From Octopus vulgaris (taxonomy: Eukaryota): DNA of 64,000 nt. The first letter of the stretch is position 1; each line of letters opens with the position of its first letter. Below are positions 38,171 through 51,818 of this stretch, piece after piece. Below the pieces are notes generated by a model. That model saw only the letters and a program-made list of their open reading frames with translations. It did no database searches and was not told the DNA's origin. Where the stretch lies: the NCBI GenBank assembly GCA_951406725.2, contig OX597827.1, forward strand, positions 76,260,001 through 76,324,000, in the 5' to 3' direction. Made by a program: the position numbers and the translations under genes.

Positions 38171-41100
38171 CATAGGAGACGAGTGCAAAGGAGGGGTGGA
38201 GAGAGAGAGAAGGCTAATTAGATCTTTTATAATGTGATGTCTTTGAAATAACGATTTCTTAACGGTAATTGAAGTATTAAATATATGTATATAGGTTAAA
38301 GAATGCGTGTATGTGTGTTTGCGAGTGTATGCTTCCACCTGTGTGAACATAGCTGTAATAAGAGAATGCGTGTGCCATGGAGAGTGTCTTTATGAATGTG
38401 TGTGTATGTGTGTGCGTGTGTATAAGTCCAGTTGAGTCATTGTATTTTTGTTTATACATATGTATGTGTTTGCATGCACGTGCATATATATGATGTATGT
38501 ATGTATAAGCGCTTGGCATATAACGTGTTTGCGTAAATGTTTGTGTATATTGGACGGTGTCTACATTATAAGAGGACTGCACATCTATCTACGCCTCTGT
38601 GCGCGCACACACACGCATATATATATATATATACACACATACGTAAGCAGCGTTATATATGTGAAGCGAGCGAGCGATCAATTAATTCATCAACTATTAA
38701 TTAATTAACCAATTAGTAAATCCTTCAAGTCAATCATGAGCCGCATAGTTCAAGATAAAAAGCAGAGGTTGAGGTCAACGGAAGCATTCGAAATAAGATA
38801 ACTGAGAAGACCTAGCAAGAGGACAACAGAATCGACTTCGGGTTTCGATTGGGAAACCGATGCATTTCAAAGGGAGATTCTAAGCACCTGATTGAAAATT
38901 AGGAGATTCACGAACGAAATAAAACAACTGTTGAAAAAATATATTTATCGGCCAAATAAAAATCCTTCATTTAACCACCCGTACTTTAAGCGCAAAAGCT
39001 GGGCAAACTGGGTTTTCATAGCCAAAACTAACCGCAGTTACAGGTACCTCGTTCCTTGATATATTATCATGGGAATTTGACAACTTTTCTAATATGGCAT
39101 ATTTCTGCTGTTATTCGGTTAAGGGTAAGTGTGTATATATCGTATGCCGATGTAGGTTTAGCATTTCTGTGCTAAATATCTACACACATTGTCGCATCAC
39201 TGATAAAGCGACGGAAAGAGAAAAATATTTCAGGTTTCTTTTTCTTGTTCATATTTACGGTGAGAAACTGGGACAGACAGCTCTGATGGCATGGTGACAG
39301 TGTTATTTAGTTCCAGGTTTGCCCTGGTCAAGCAGATCTATGATCAAAAGCGTTAGAACAACGACCATCCCGTCTGATATATCAAAGACTACAGTGTCCT
39401 GTGTATTCTTTATTTAAAACGGTAGGGTATACTTCGAAGGAGATATGCTTTTCCTACATGTCAAGCCACAGCCTAAACGATCCTTCAGTGTAGCTGATGT
39501 ACAGCTTAAAAGAAAAAGAGGGCGGGAAGAATTTCAGACTGGGAGCTACAGGTTTGGGGAAGGAGAAGTCGGTGGATTGGTAGACTCGTTACAAAGTCGA
39601 ACAAAATGTCTTGTGTGTAGATGGGCATAGTTGAGTCACTGTGTATTTGAATAAAATGCATATGTAGGTCTTTATTTTCCGAGTTCAAATCTCGTCGAGG
39701 TCAACTTCGCCTTTCATCCGTCCAGGGTCGAAACTAATGCTGGTGTCTTCTTAAACTTCTTCAAGTAAAAAAACTGAGGTTGAGAACCTTGAACGAATTT
39801 TCTTAGTGTTGCTTGCACTTTAAGGGCGGACAAGGGGACTTAAGACCCGACTGCTGCAGTGTTCTTGCAAAGTGCAGCGACCCCGGGTATAATTAGTTTT
39901 CTATGACATTGTGTCCAACGCATTTCAGTATAAAAAAAGGTGGAGACACTGAATAAAGTTCTTCGGTACAGGACTGGGGGGGGGGGTAGGAAACACAAAA
40001 CCTGGGTGCATCAGGTATACTTGGGCAACAAGTAACAAGTAATTAAAATAACAATAAAAATAAAATAAACTCGATATCTTCAAGAATAAACCAACACTGT
40101 CATAACAAATAACTAGGCATCATGCGTGCATTTAGATTAATCATTTGTTATGTATATGTACGTACGTATGTATGTATGGCTGTATGTATGTGTGTGTGTG
40201 TTTAATTCGATAATTACGAATGCGGTGTTTAACGTTAATCTAAGGAGTAAAGTCAATTATTCGGATACTTAAAGGGATAAAAGGTGCAAGCAGACCCCCT
40301 ACCCTTATCGAATTACAATAAAACCTACTGGACTACTTTAGCCAACGTGGAAGCCCTTGCGTGGTCGATCCTGCAACTAGAAATAGCAGCAAAATCTCCC
40401 TCAAATTACAGCCTTTTTAGACGGTTGTTTGAAGTGTAAAAGGTGCGATGGTCACAGCCTGCTCAACTAGGGCTGACCAAGTAATAAAAAACTAATTAAA
40501 AATACGAGTAAGATTTTTACGGACTTGAGTAATTGATAAATATTTCTTGTAACAAAATTGCAAAAATAAATACATATATATATATATATATATATCTGAT
40601 TTACAGAAAATTTAAAATATGGACTATTCACAAATTAGACGACCCTTTAAGAGGGTTTTTTTTTAAAGGACAAATTCGGTTAAGAAGAATTAGAAAGCAA
40701 GGGTGCCTGCCAAGACGACACATTTTTAGAAGATGGGAGTATAGTAAATTGTCTATGTAAGTGGTAGTAGGTATTTTATTTAGTAGGGGACAACAAAGTA
40801 AAGTCGAGCCTGTTGGTATTTGAAATGAAGGACGAAGCTAAATACTTATTGCAAGTATTATTAGCCTGATGCTCTGGTGAACCCACCATGCGATCGCCCG
40901 TCACTAATCATTAGATAGTTATTGATTTCTAACTTTATACTAAACATACACAAATTTATAAGTGGCAAAAAGATACACGAGATTTCGTGACATTCATCGT
41001 TTCGGGGGTTTGCAAGGTGGGAGAATATTTGAAAATCGAAACGAATGCGTTATTCCAACATGACATATTAGGCAATGATGGTTCAAACTTCGACAATATC

Positions 41101-43982
41101 ATCGACGGTTCGCGTATGAAGGGCCAGCAACGGGTTTTACCAGAATCCTAAAACGGTCAGTTGACAGGTGCTTGTTTACATTGTGTGAGAGAAAACAGAA
41201 TGAAAAAGTCAGAGAGGAGAGAAAGACAGGAAGAAAAGAGATGAGTGGAGATAAAACGACGAGACGACAGTGAAAGGTGAGTGTAAGGTTTCACGTCCTT
41301 CGTCGCCATCCCCAGCTTATTCCCATCACACTTGACACTTTCCTCTTCCTCCTTAATTCCCCCTCCACCCCACCTCACTCAGTCCCTTCAATCAAAAAAC
41401 CTCACCCCTTCCTCCTATTGTTAACTCTATCTTTTATTTCACTTCGTCAGTCACGGCTTCTCCACCTCCCTCCTTCCTGTCTGCCTTTTCTTTCCAATCA
41501 AAGAGAGAGAATGATAGATGCATTCGTCTTTCTCTTCTTCTCCTCCCACCCTTTCTTTGTCTATATATATCTGTCCTTTCACCCTCTCAATCTCTCTCTG
41601 CGTCATTCACCCCCCCCTCTTACTTCCTGTGTGCCCATCACATTTCTAATTTTTTTTTTTGCCTCCTTCTTTTCAAATCTGTCACTTCCTCTCTCCCATA
41701 ATTATCCTGTACTCTCTAAATCGTTCTCGCTCTTTCTCTTTCTTTCTTTCTCTCTCTCTCTACATGTCACCTCCTTTTTATTCATTCATTGCGCCTCTTC
41801 CTCCCTTCCCCTCTCTCTATCTATCAACCTTTCCCTCCTCTTTTTCCTGTGACTGTTCCCCCTTCCTTTCCCTCCCTCCCTCCCTTCCTTCTCTGCCTGT
41901 GCCTGACACCCCCTTCCTCCCTCTCTCCTGCTACTGTCTTCCTCTCTCACTCCCCATCCGACACACACAGATCACCTCCAACCAAAATGTCTTCACAGAA
42001 ACCAGCCACACACATACACATATGCACACATAAACTACATGGCCAAAAGCTAAGAACACTTCTAAAACGCTTACCTTTCCGATGGCCTCTTTTGATCACT
42101 TCAATATTGGCAATTTTTTAAATAGACGTGACCAGAGCTCAGCCAGACTCACAGACAGACAAACGGTGTCAGTGCAAATTGTGTACCCCAGCAGTGCAAT
42201 AGATTTAACTTTGCTTACTCTTTCACCACACACACACATCCACACACACCTACATATACAGAGACATAGGTAAATATACGTATATGTCTATAGAGAGGAA
42301 GATAGATACATACATATGCATACGTAATACCATAACCCACCCCCCATCCGTACTCTCCTCACTGGCGATATGATTGTCTCCCTTGAACGTTCAAACTAAT
42401 CAAACATTTAATTAAATTTAAAATACCCACGTGTCACGAACAATTCGACTGTCATCAAATATTGTCGCTATTATTAATATTTTTCTATTTTTTAAAATTT
42501 ATATTTAGTGTTATCAATGCTTAGTGTCCATTTGCGAGCCGTATTTCTAGACCCTTAATGTCGACCAAAAGCGGGTTTCAAGATGGCATCTATTATCTCC
42601 CCTGACATGTATACTTTTTACAACCTCAGATCAACCTACGTCACACACGCACACACCCTTATATATGTATACACACACATCCACATACGTTGGCGCAGTC
42701 ACACACACACATATCCATCTACACACATTTGCGCAATCTCACAGATACATCAATTTACACACATTTGCGCATTCACATACATTTGTATACGCAAGCAACA
42801 CACACACACACATTTGTATGCACTAGCAACACACACACACACACCTATTCAATTGTACACATGCACACATTTTTACAGCCACACACATACATATATACAC
42901 ACATCTACCTACATCAGACCACCTACGCATACGCACACATATTTAAATTAGCACACGCTAATTAGACACACACACACACACATATCCACGCATACTTATT
43001 ACACATCACATTAGACATATACATACACGCATAAATACACACATGCGCACAATAATTCTATTGCATATACGCACACATATTTGAAAGTACGCTCATACAA
43101 CTATACACACACACACACATCTATCTACGAACAGCTGTCACATACACTCATGAACAAATACGCGTATGCATACATACATATATACACACACGTTTGTTCA
43201 CGTGCATCTAATATACACAGAAATACATAGCTAAACGAACATTTGCATTCACACACACATACGCTCGCTCGCACACACACACATCTACGCGCGCGCGCGC
43301 ACGTCTGCGCCAAGAGAAACAGCTAAAGAGGGGACCTCTTGCGTGGTTGCTCGGCTTGTTAGAAATAGCGACCTAAACAGAGACAGTAGATTTTCTTAGA
43401 TACCCTTGTATTTAAATGAGTGAGAGAGTCACGGCTGAAATGGCTTTGATAATAACTTTGCTGGATCAAGGTCGATAGAAGGCTAAAGAACAAAAATAAC
43501 GCGTATGTATGCATGTAAGAGTGTGTGTGGTGGCCCCTACGGAGGCAGAGACCGAGAACTGGATTTATGTCGTGCTTGAGAAGAAGACCCATGAAGCCGA
43601 GCTAAATCGCAGTCGTGGCAGATACCGGTGTCACGCAAATGGCACACGTGCCGGTGGCACGTAAAAAGCACCTATTACACTCTCGGAGTGGTTGGCGTTA
43701 GGAAGGGCATCCAGCTGTAGAAACTCTACCAGATCAAATTGGAGCCTGGTGCTGTCTTCCAGCTTGCCAGCCCTGGTCAAACCGTCCAACCCATGCCAGC
43801 ATGGACAACGGACGTTAAATGATGATAATGATATATATATGTATACATAAAAAAAAGAGAAGAGATGTAGTTTGGTTTGTTGGGGCAGGGTTTGTGAAAA
43901 GTTTTCTTGTTACATGTGGGTGGAATACAAGTGCTTGCAATATAATACATCCAATTAAGAATGCATATTCATATATATATGT

Positions 43983-44325
43983 GAAGGCGCATGGCTCAGT
44001 GGTTAGAGCGTCGAGCTTATGATCGTGAGGTTGTGAGTTCGATTCCTGGACCAGGCTGCGTATTGTGTTCTTGAGCAAGACACTTTATTTCACGTTGCTC
44101 CAGTTCACTCAGCTGTAGAAATGAGTTACGACATCACTGGTGCCAAGCTGTATCGGCCCCTTTGCCTTCCCCTTGGATATCACTGGTGGTGTGGAGAGGG
44201 GAGACCGGTATGCATGGGTGACTGCTGGCCTTCCATAAACTACTTTGCCCGGACTTGTACCTCAGAGGGTAACTTTCTAGGTGCAATCCCATGGTCATTC
44301 GTGTCCAAAGGGGGTCTCCCCCCCT
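43983..44325 (+). mobile_element. tRNA-derived SINE, apparently full length
   Basis: A-box TGGCTCAGTGG and B-box GAGTTCGATTCC, followed by cttgagcaagacactttatttcacgttgctccagttcactcagctg, a central region shared with the 13155-13445 family. Confidence 0.8.
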
Positions 44326-44479
44326 TCAATACATATATGATGATATGGGTTAGTAACCCCATAAGACTTGAGAAGCCAGAGCTTTCCTAAGGCAGGCCTA
44401 TGGAGTACTCCTAGCTAATTTTTAAAAAAAAACTACCTCTACCCTATAGGCTTGCTCAAACAGGATTGTTATCGATATA

Positions 44480-44842
44480 CAACAATAACAACAACCTTTG
44501 ACAGGATCTGTAGAATTGTATCAGGTCCCAATGCCAGCTTTTGCATTCAGCCACACTCAAACTCATCACATGACCAGAAAACCAGTCTTTTTTGCACACT
44601 ACATCTGATTCCTCTTGTTCCTTACTTTTCTCTCTACACATTTGCACTTTGTTGTATGTGAACACTGATGATGCACATCTGACAACTTTTGCATGGGCTC
44701 TGCATTTAGGGCCCACATCTCACCACACCATGTGGCATTGCTATTCATATACCACATGATTCATACAATTTGCCTTTTCATTCAGTGAGAGAAGCCTTTT
44801 GATGCCAACAGAGGTTGATAACTTCCTGAACTTTATCCATCC
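44480..44842 (-). mobile_element. RTE-clade LINE C-terminal fragment; further 3' piece at ~46330-46580
   Basis: Minus strand GWIKFRKL.. then MKRQIV/LYES, resembling the RTE 'WxKFRELxxxL..KGKLY' region. VKADL-like segment near 46370. Confidence 0.55.
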
Positions 44843-44861
44843 TACACACACACACACACAT

Positions 44862-44902
<41 letters not shown>

Positions 44903-47244
44903 TCCACACACACACACACATGCATACTGGAATATGTAACACACTACCTAAATACCAATCTTGAGAAATTAAACTGTTCAAAACTAGAAAAGAGAAAGCT
45001 AATTTGAAGACTACAGATCCAATCCATCACTGGAACAGTGAAAATGTGTAAAACTTTCCAGAAGTTTATCATTTAATTACATATGAGCATTTCTAGACAT
45101 GCAATTATATGCATGAGAATATATACATAAAGCAAAACATACAAATTTGCACATATACACATATACAAAAATACCCTGTTGTTGATGTTGAAATTCCAAT
45201 GAAGGAGCCTTGGATCTAGGTTAGAAACCTGTTCTTTCTCTATTGGCAAGAAATCTTGAAATAAAACTGAATAATGCCACACATACATACATATATACAT
45301 ACATACATACATACATACATACATACATACAAATATGCATACATGTCCATACATACATCCATACATATATACACACACACATACACATCCATACATACAT
45401 ACACATTCAGCTCTATAATTGTGAGAGGGGTGGGTAGTGGAGTGAGCAGTTGAACAGATAGTAATGGAGGAGGGAGTGGGTCTGAAAGGGACAGAGTAAA
45501 GGGAAGGAACTAATATCAAGTGTTAGTAAGAAAGGGGGGGGGGACTGAGCGGTAAGGGTGAGGGGGTCCAGGGTCATCCCTTATTTATGAAAGAGAGAAA
45601 CAGATGGGGGGGGATGAGGGGGTTGGAGAGAATTTTGAAGTAAAGAAGAGTGAGGGAATTATGGGGGTAGGTCAGGGAGGGTGTTGAAGAGGGGGAGAAG
45701 CCATGGAGAAAGAATGGTGAGAGAGAAAGGGAGGTAAAGGGGGAGGAGTGAGGGAAAGCGGGGGGGGGGTAGGGAGGCTGGAAAGTATCACACAGGTGGT
45801 GGTGGGGGTGAGCAGAGTTTGGATGTAGAGAAAGCATGGGAGGGGGGGCAGAGAGAATGGTAAGAGAAAGGGGTAAGAGGAAGCAGAGGGAGGATGTAGT
45901 AAGAAAGGCTGAAAGAGAGAGAGAGAGAGAAATGCTGAAAAATATTGTAGAGGTAGAGGGGAGAGGAGAGGACGAATGGAGTGAGATAAGGAGAGGTTGG
46001 AGGGAGGAGGAGGACACCATAGAGGTGGGGGAGGAGCTGAAGAGAAAAGCAGTGAAAATATCTTGCATGGAGAGGTTGAGGAGGAGGAGGAGGAGAGAGA
46101 GAGAGAGAGGGGGGGAGAGAAAGAGAAAGTAGAGGATGAAGTATCTTGTGTGGGAAGGCTGAGAGGAGAGGCAGAGGAGGATCGATGGGTGTGGTGAGGG
46201 GGGTGACTGCAGCAAGAGCATCTCAGCCACCAACTCACGCATCACAAGCATTCTTTCTGCAATTCTTGCTCAATAGAATCAGTTTTCTCCTTCACAGTAT
46301 GTCTATGTCATTACCAGTTGTCACAGTCACTTGTCAATCTCTTCTGCAAGGTTCGGTATCTTTAGATCAGCTTTCACCAACTTCTGTTCGATGTCTTCCT
46401 AGGTTTCCTTGTCCCACTGTGATGTCTCAGCACTTTTCTATGCTCCTACCATCATCCACACAAATGTAGTCTTCTCTCTTGCAGATAACATCTGGTTCTT
46501 CAGAAACAGTTTTTCTCACGGCTCATTCACACTACATTCTTTATGCATGCTGACATGGCCGATCCAGCAAGGTATACTCACCTTGTTTTTTTCTCACCTG
46601 GCTCCCATACTGGTGGCACATAAAAAGCACCATCCAAACGTGTCTGATGCCAGTACCCTTTGAATGGTTCCCATACCGGTGACATGTAAAATGCACTATC
46701 TGAACGTGATTGATGCCAGGGCCTGGTGCAGCCACTGGCTTTCCAGACCTCAGTCAAACCATCCAACCCATGCCAGCATGGAAAATGGACGTTAAACGAT
46801 GATGCTGATGATTAGGATGATGATGATGATGATGATGATTAGAAACACCTGACACCCAGCTTTCACCTGTGGCTCCTTGAAGATGTCTGCATGCAACAGC
46901 AGTCACATCTTGAGCAACAGTTTCCACAGGCTGGCTAAACCACACAACCAGTGCTGATGTGTTTAGATTCCTGTAACTTAGCAGTTCAGCAAAAGAGACT
47001 GATAGAATAAGTATCAGGCTTAAGAATTAAGAAGCCTGTTTGTAAGTTGTGCATATGTACACACACACACACGTGTGTGTGTGTGTGCATGTGTGTGTGT
47101 GTGTGTGTATGTGTGTGTGTGTATGTGTGTACCTATGCATATGTGTGTATGTCTGCATCTCTCTGATTTGATATTGTCCTTGTTTACAATTTGATGATTC
47201 TGATCACCATCATGCCAACAGTTTTGTTCATTTCTAATCTTCTC

Positions 47245-47575
47245 TTAAGTTAAGTTAAGTTAAGTTAATTTTTTGGCTCAAAAAGCAAAAAGCAAGGCCA
47301 TGTAGGGGGACATGGAGTTATGTACGGGGTGGTTTTCATGCAAAGAGTTCAGGCCATTTGTGGTCAAGAGAGACTTTGAACCGAGCGGTCGTCGGCATCT
47401 TCACTATCTCATCCGGCAGTTTATTCCATGGATCCTTAACCCGGACGAAGAAAGCCCCTCTCCTTTGATTGAGATGAAATCGTCGCAGATAGAGCTTTTC
47501 GGAGTGACCCCGCAGCCAACGTTCTGGAGCAGGAGTGAAGAACAGCTCTTTCAAGAGGTTACACTTTCTGCTTAT
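47245..47575 (-). mobile_element. CR1-type LINE 3' end with (TAACT)n tail
   Basis: LRGHSEKL..RRGAFFVRVKDPWNKLPDEIVKMPTTARFKVSLD is the CR1 terminal motif. (ttaag)n at 47245-47268. Confidence 0.85.
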
Positions 47576-47903
47576 GATGTGAAAATGTCTGGCCATGGGA
47601 AAATAGTACCTTGCTTAGAAATAAGTGAGGGTTGGCAACATGAAGTGCATCCAGCCATAAGGACTCTGGCTCTGCAAATTCTATCTGTTCCATGCAAACA
47701 TGGGAAAATAGAGATTAAATCAATGTTGATGATGGTGATGATTTAACCAATTTTAAGATAGTAGGGTAAGAATCTGAAGAAGAATATGATTGGACAATAA
47801 GCCAAATGACCACTTGCAGCATGGTCATCAGTTATGTGGATTAGCTTGTCTGTACAGATTGACAGACAGACAGATGAAAGGACTGACAGATAGACAGACA
47901 GAC

Positions 47904-47950
<47 letters not shown>

Positions 47951-48009
47951 CAGATGAAAGGACAGACAGACAGACAGATTGATAGATAGATAGATAGATA
48001 GATAGATAT

Positions 48010-48735
48010 GTTTCTTTATTGGCCACACAGGGCTGAACACAGAGGGGACAAAATACAAAGTAGAGCTTGGGGGGGGGGGGGAGAAAAAGAGAAAAAATAA
48101 AGTGGGTCGAATTACAAGGAATCGTGGAAAAAAAAAAGCTGATCAATAGGGAGCATGTATCACAGAAATGTCAATGTAAAGAGGGAAAACAGATTAGGTT
48201 TATTCGTGGAAAGAAAAGCCTATGGAAAAGACCACAGTAACTGTGGGCAATAGTGTCATGCAAAAGAAAGCACATTACAATAAGCGACTCTCTTTTTCCC
48301 CTTTCTTTTTTTTGGGGGGTTCATAGGACCATGCTCAAGCTGGCTCTTTCATTCACACATGCCATCCTTGCAGCATTCATCCATCATTTTTTGAAACATT
48401 CACTTGCCAAAACTTCCCTCTCCACTCTCACCTTCCTCTTCAAGTGATATTTGAAGAAGCTGATGAGAGATTGACCAGAGAGGAAAGTGTTTGTCTCTAG
48501 ACCTTTCAGACGCGTCCACCATACACATTCTTTTGCCATGGCCACAAGTACGATGAAAGTGGCGCTTCCTTCCTGTTTCAAAGAAGGAGGCACAACAATA
48601 TTCACGATAGACTCGGCTGATAAACTGACTCATCCCACACGCAATAGCAGTTGTTCAACATAGGCCCGCAGGTTGGAAATGGTTGGACATTGTACGAGTG
48701 CGTGCAGGACGGTTTCATCGCTTTCTCCCAAGATC
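48010..48735 (-). mobile_element. 5'-truncated Tx1/L1-type LINE 3' end within (GATA)n
   Basis: Minus strand DETVLHALVQCP (zinc-knuckle second half) followed by AKECVWWTRLK..FFKYHLKRKVRVER. AATAAA near the terminus. (GATA/GACA)n at 47858-48008 and 48780-48942. Confidence 0.75.
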
Positions 48736-48828
48736 GTCGTTGTATCGCCCCTTCACTAATCCTCTATAGAATGCTTTAAATAGATAGACATACATACAGA
48801 CAGACAGATAGATAGGTAGGTACGTAGG

Positions 48829-48888
<60 letters not shown>

Positions 48889-49550
48889 CAGACCGACAAG
48901 TAGATAGGTAGATAGATTAGATAGATAGATAGATAGATAGACAAAGGTTTGGTGATGCAAACAAGAAAAATAGAACTCAAAACATGAGTGTATAAATATA
49001 TATATATATATTGATATTGATATTTAGTGGAATCAAGAGAGTGACTCAAAGGCTGGAAGTTTCAAGTGTTAGCACTCCTCAAAAAGTTTCATAAGTGTTG
49101 ATGTATGAAAGTCTTGTCTCTCGAGTCACTCTGTTGCTTCTACAAAATATTGATTAAAAAATCTACATTGATAGAGAGAGAGAGAGACTGACATAGACAG
49201 ATGTATAGATATATAAACAGACGGATTTATTTACTAATCTACAAAAATCCAAATCCAAATATATATACTTTACACACACACACATACAGGGAGATGAAAA
49301 AAGAGCAATAAATATAGATAAATACATAGCTAGTGTGTGTATCGATAGACAGACATATATATCTCCACAAATTGTTAGTGAGGCAGACTTAGATGAAGAT
49401 AGGTTACTTCCCAATAACTATTTCATATTTGCTTCAGTTTTGCTTAATAAGTTTGGATGGAAAAGGTTCAGTTTTACAAGAAACTCCAGATATCACAGCA
49501 AGTTGGCAGAAATGTTAGGGTGCTGGGTGAAATGCTTAATGGTATATATA

Positions 49551-49962
49551 GGCGCAGGAGTGGCTGTGTGGTAAGTAGCTTGCTAACCAACCACATGGTT
49601 CCGGGTTCAGTCCCACTGCGTGGCATCTTAGGCAAGTGTCTTCTGCTATAGCCCCGGGCTGACCAAAGCCTTGTGAGTGGATTTGGTAGACGGAAACTGA
49701 AAGAAGCCTGTCGTATATATGTATATGTATATATAAGTGTGTGTGTATATGTTTGTGTGTCTGTGTTTGTCTCGCTAGCATTGCTTGACAACCGATGCTG
49801 GTGTGTTTACGTCCCCGTTACTTAGCGGTTCGGCAAAAGAGACCGATAGAATAAGTACTGGGCTTACAAAGAATAAGTCCCGGGGTCGATTTGCTCGACT
49901 AAAGGTGGTGCTCCAGCATGGGTGCAGTCAAATGACTGAAACAAGTAAAAGAGTAAAGAGAG
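49551..49962 (+). mobile_element. Full-length SINE family A
   Basis: ggcgcaggagtggctgtgtggtaag..gggttcagtccc..aacaagtaaaagagtaaagag. Confidence 0.9.
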
Positions 49963-50276
49963 AATCATTTTGTACCAACACTGATTAATGGAAACACATC
50001 TTTTCTTCACCATTCTCTCTTTTATTCGTGTCTTCTTTTTCATCAAAACTGTTCAACCGCCATCTTTTGTTATCGCTAAATATTCCATTAAGAAATACAG
50101 ACCTTTAGCCACTCATATTAAAAACGATACCTGTCTCAAATTTCTCCAAACATTATTATCCGATTCATATAAAGAGCAAAAAACTTTACTGTTGTTGACC
50201 TTGTTGCAACATAAATGTCAAGTTCCAGTTTAATGGCTGACTGTTCGATGAATGGCGATGATATTTAACTTTAAAA

Positions 50277-50823
50277 GGGTGGCAAGCTGGCAGAATCGTT
50301 AGCACACTGGACGAAATGCTTAGTGGTATTTCATCTGACTTTACGTTCTGAGTTCAAATTCCGCCAAGGTCAGCTTTGCCTTTCATCCTTTCGGGGTCGA
50401 TTAAATAAGTACCAGTTACACACTGGGGTCGATGTAATTGACTTAATATCTTCGTTTGTCCTTGATTGTCCTCTCTATGTTTAGCCCCATTTGGGCAATA
50501 AAGAAATAAATATTTGAGTTTAAATTCCGCCGAGGTTGACTTTTCCTTTCATCCTTTCAGGATCAATTAAATAAGTACCAGTTACGTACTGGGGTAAATT
50601 TAATCGACTTAATCCCTTCCTCCATCCTTGTTTGTCCCCTCTATGTTTAGCCCCCTGTGGGCAATAAAGAATGAACATTTGAGTTCAAATTCTGCCACGG
50701 TCGACTTTGTCTTTCATCCTTTCGGGGTCGATGAATTAAGTACCAGTTGCGTACTGGGATCAATCTAATCAACTGGCCCCCTTCCCCAAAATTTCGGGTC
50801 TTGTGCTTAGAGTAGAAAAGGAT
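50277..50823 (+). mobile_element. SINE family B, one head plus three tandem units
   Basis: Three gagtt(c/t)aaattc..gactt..cctttcatcc units. The last ends in the alternative tail ccccaaaatttcgggtcttgtgcttagagtagaaaagg. Confidence 0.85.
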
Positions 50824-51253
50824 AGTTAACTTTAAACCACTGGACCTTGACTGTGAAAGTGGGTTTGAAAATCGCCAGTATGGTCATTATTAAGGTTGCT
50901 GTTTATGTTGTTGTCCTTATGGTGGTTTGATCTCAGGCCAGACTTCTTGATCCGGGAGATTTATGATCAAAGGTGTTCCAGCCATGAGCATCCCATCTGA
51001 TGTCAGTGTAGCTAGAACTACATTGTTCAAATTCAGTGTTGTTATTTAACCCCAGGCTGATCCTGATGCAGAAGACATATGATGAAGGATCCTGTTGTGA
51101 CCATTCCATCTGAAGTCAGTCAGTGACATATTTGAATTATTTTAATAAAAGTCAACGGCAGTAGTTTGTGGTCACACATTCCTGAACACACAGGTGGGTG
51201 GTCATTCCTCTATAATGTCTCTGTGGTCAACAGTTCTCTTAAAGAGACACAAG

Positions 51254-51433
51254 TTCTATATTTAAGAGATGAGGAATTATTTACATTATTTACATTTGGC
51301 AGATATTTGTCCTCATCTTGTTTGTTGTTAACACAACATTTCAGCTGATATACCCTCCAGCCTTCATCAGGTGTCTTGGGGAAATTTGGAACCTGGGTTC
51401 TCATTCCAAAAGTATTTTTAATGATATTATTAA

Positions 51434-51482
<49 letters not shown>

Positions 51483-51818
51483 GTTAGTGTTCAGGCCACT
51501 GCTTGGAATCGAACTTGGAATCTTGGGGTTAGCAGTCCGCGCTCATAACCACTATGGCATGGGCATATGGCATAGTGTTCAAGAGAGCGGGCTACTAACC
51601 CCAAGATTCCAAGTCCAATTCCAGGCAGTGACCTGAATAATAATAATAAACGATAATAATAATAACAATAACAACAACATCAAAAAATACCTTAGGAATG
51701 AGAACCCAGGTTTGAAATTTCCCCAAGAGACCTGATGAAGACTGGAGGGTATATCAGCTGAAATGTTGTGTTAACAACAAACAAGATAAGGACAAATATC
51801 CATCAAATGTAAATAATG
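51254..51818. mobile_element. Head-to-head palindromic tRNA-head/hammerhead element, copy 2, with 14-bp TSD
   Basis: Two divergent tRNA-like heads meeting at ~51560. Hammerhead cores at 51330-51375 (-) and 51727-51772 (+). taaagagacacaag at 51240-51253 and 51819-51832. Confidence 0.88.

Noticed and set aside
43983-44060. Functional tRNA genes here and at 13957-14030 and 51490-51633
   Set aside because: A and B boxes are present but acceptor stems are imperfect and they continue into SINE bodies, so they are treated as SINE heads.
45165-45280. Degenerate hammerhead-like ccaatga..gaaac; similarly ~49010-49160
   Set aside because: The CUGANGA core is not intact and only one copy of each is visible.
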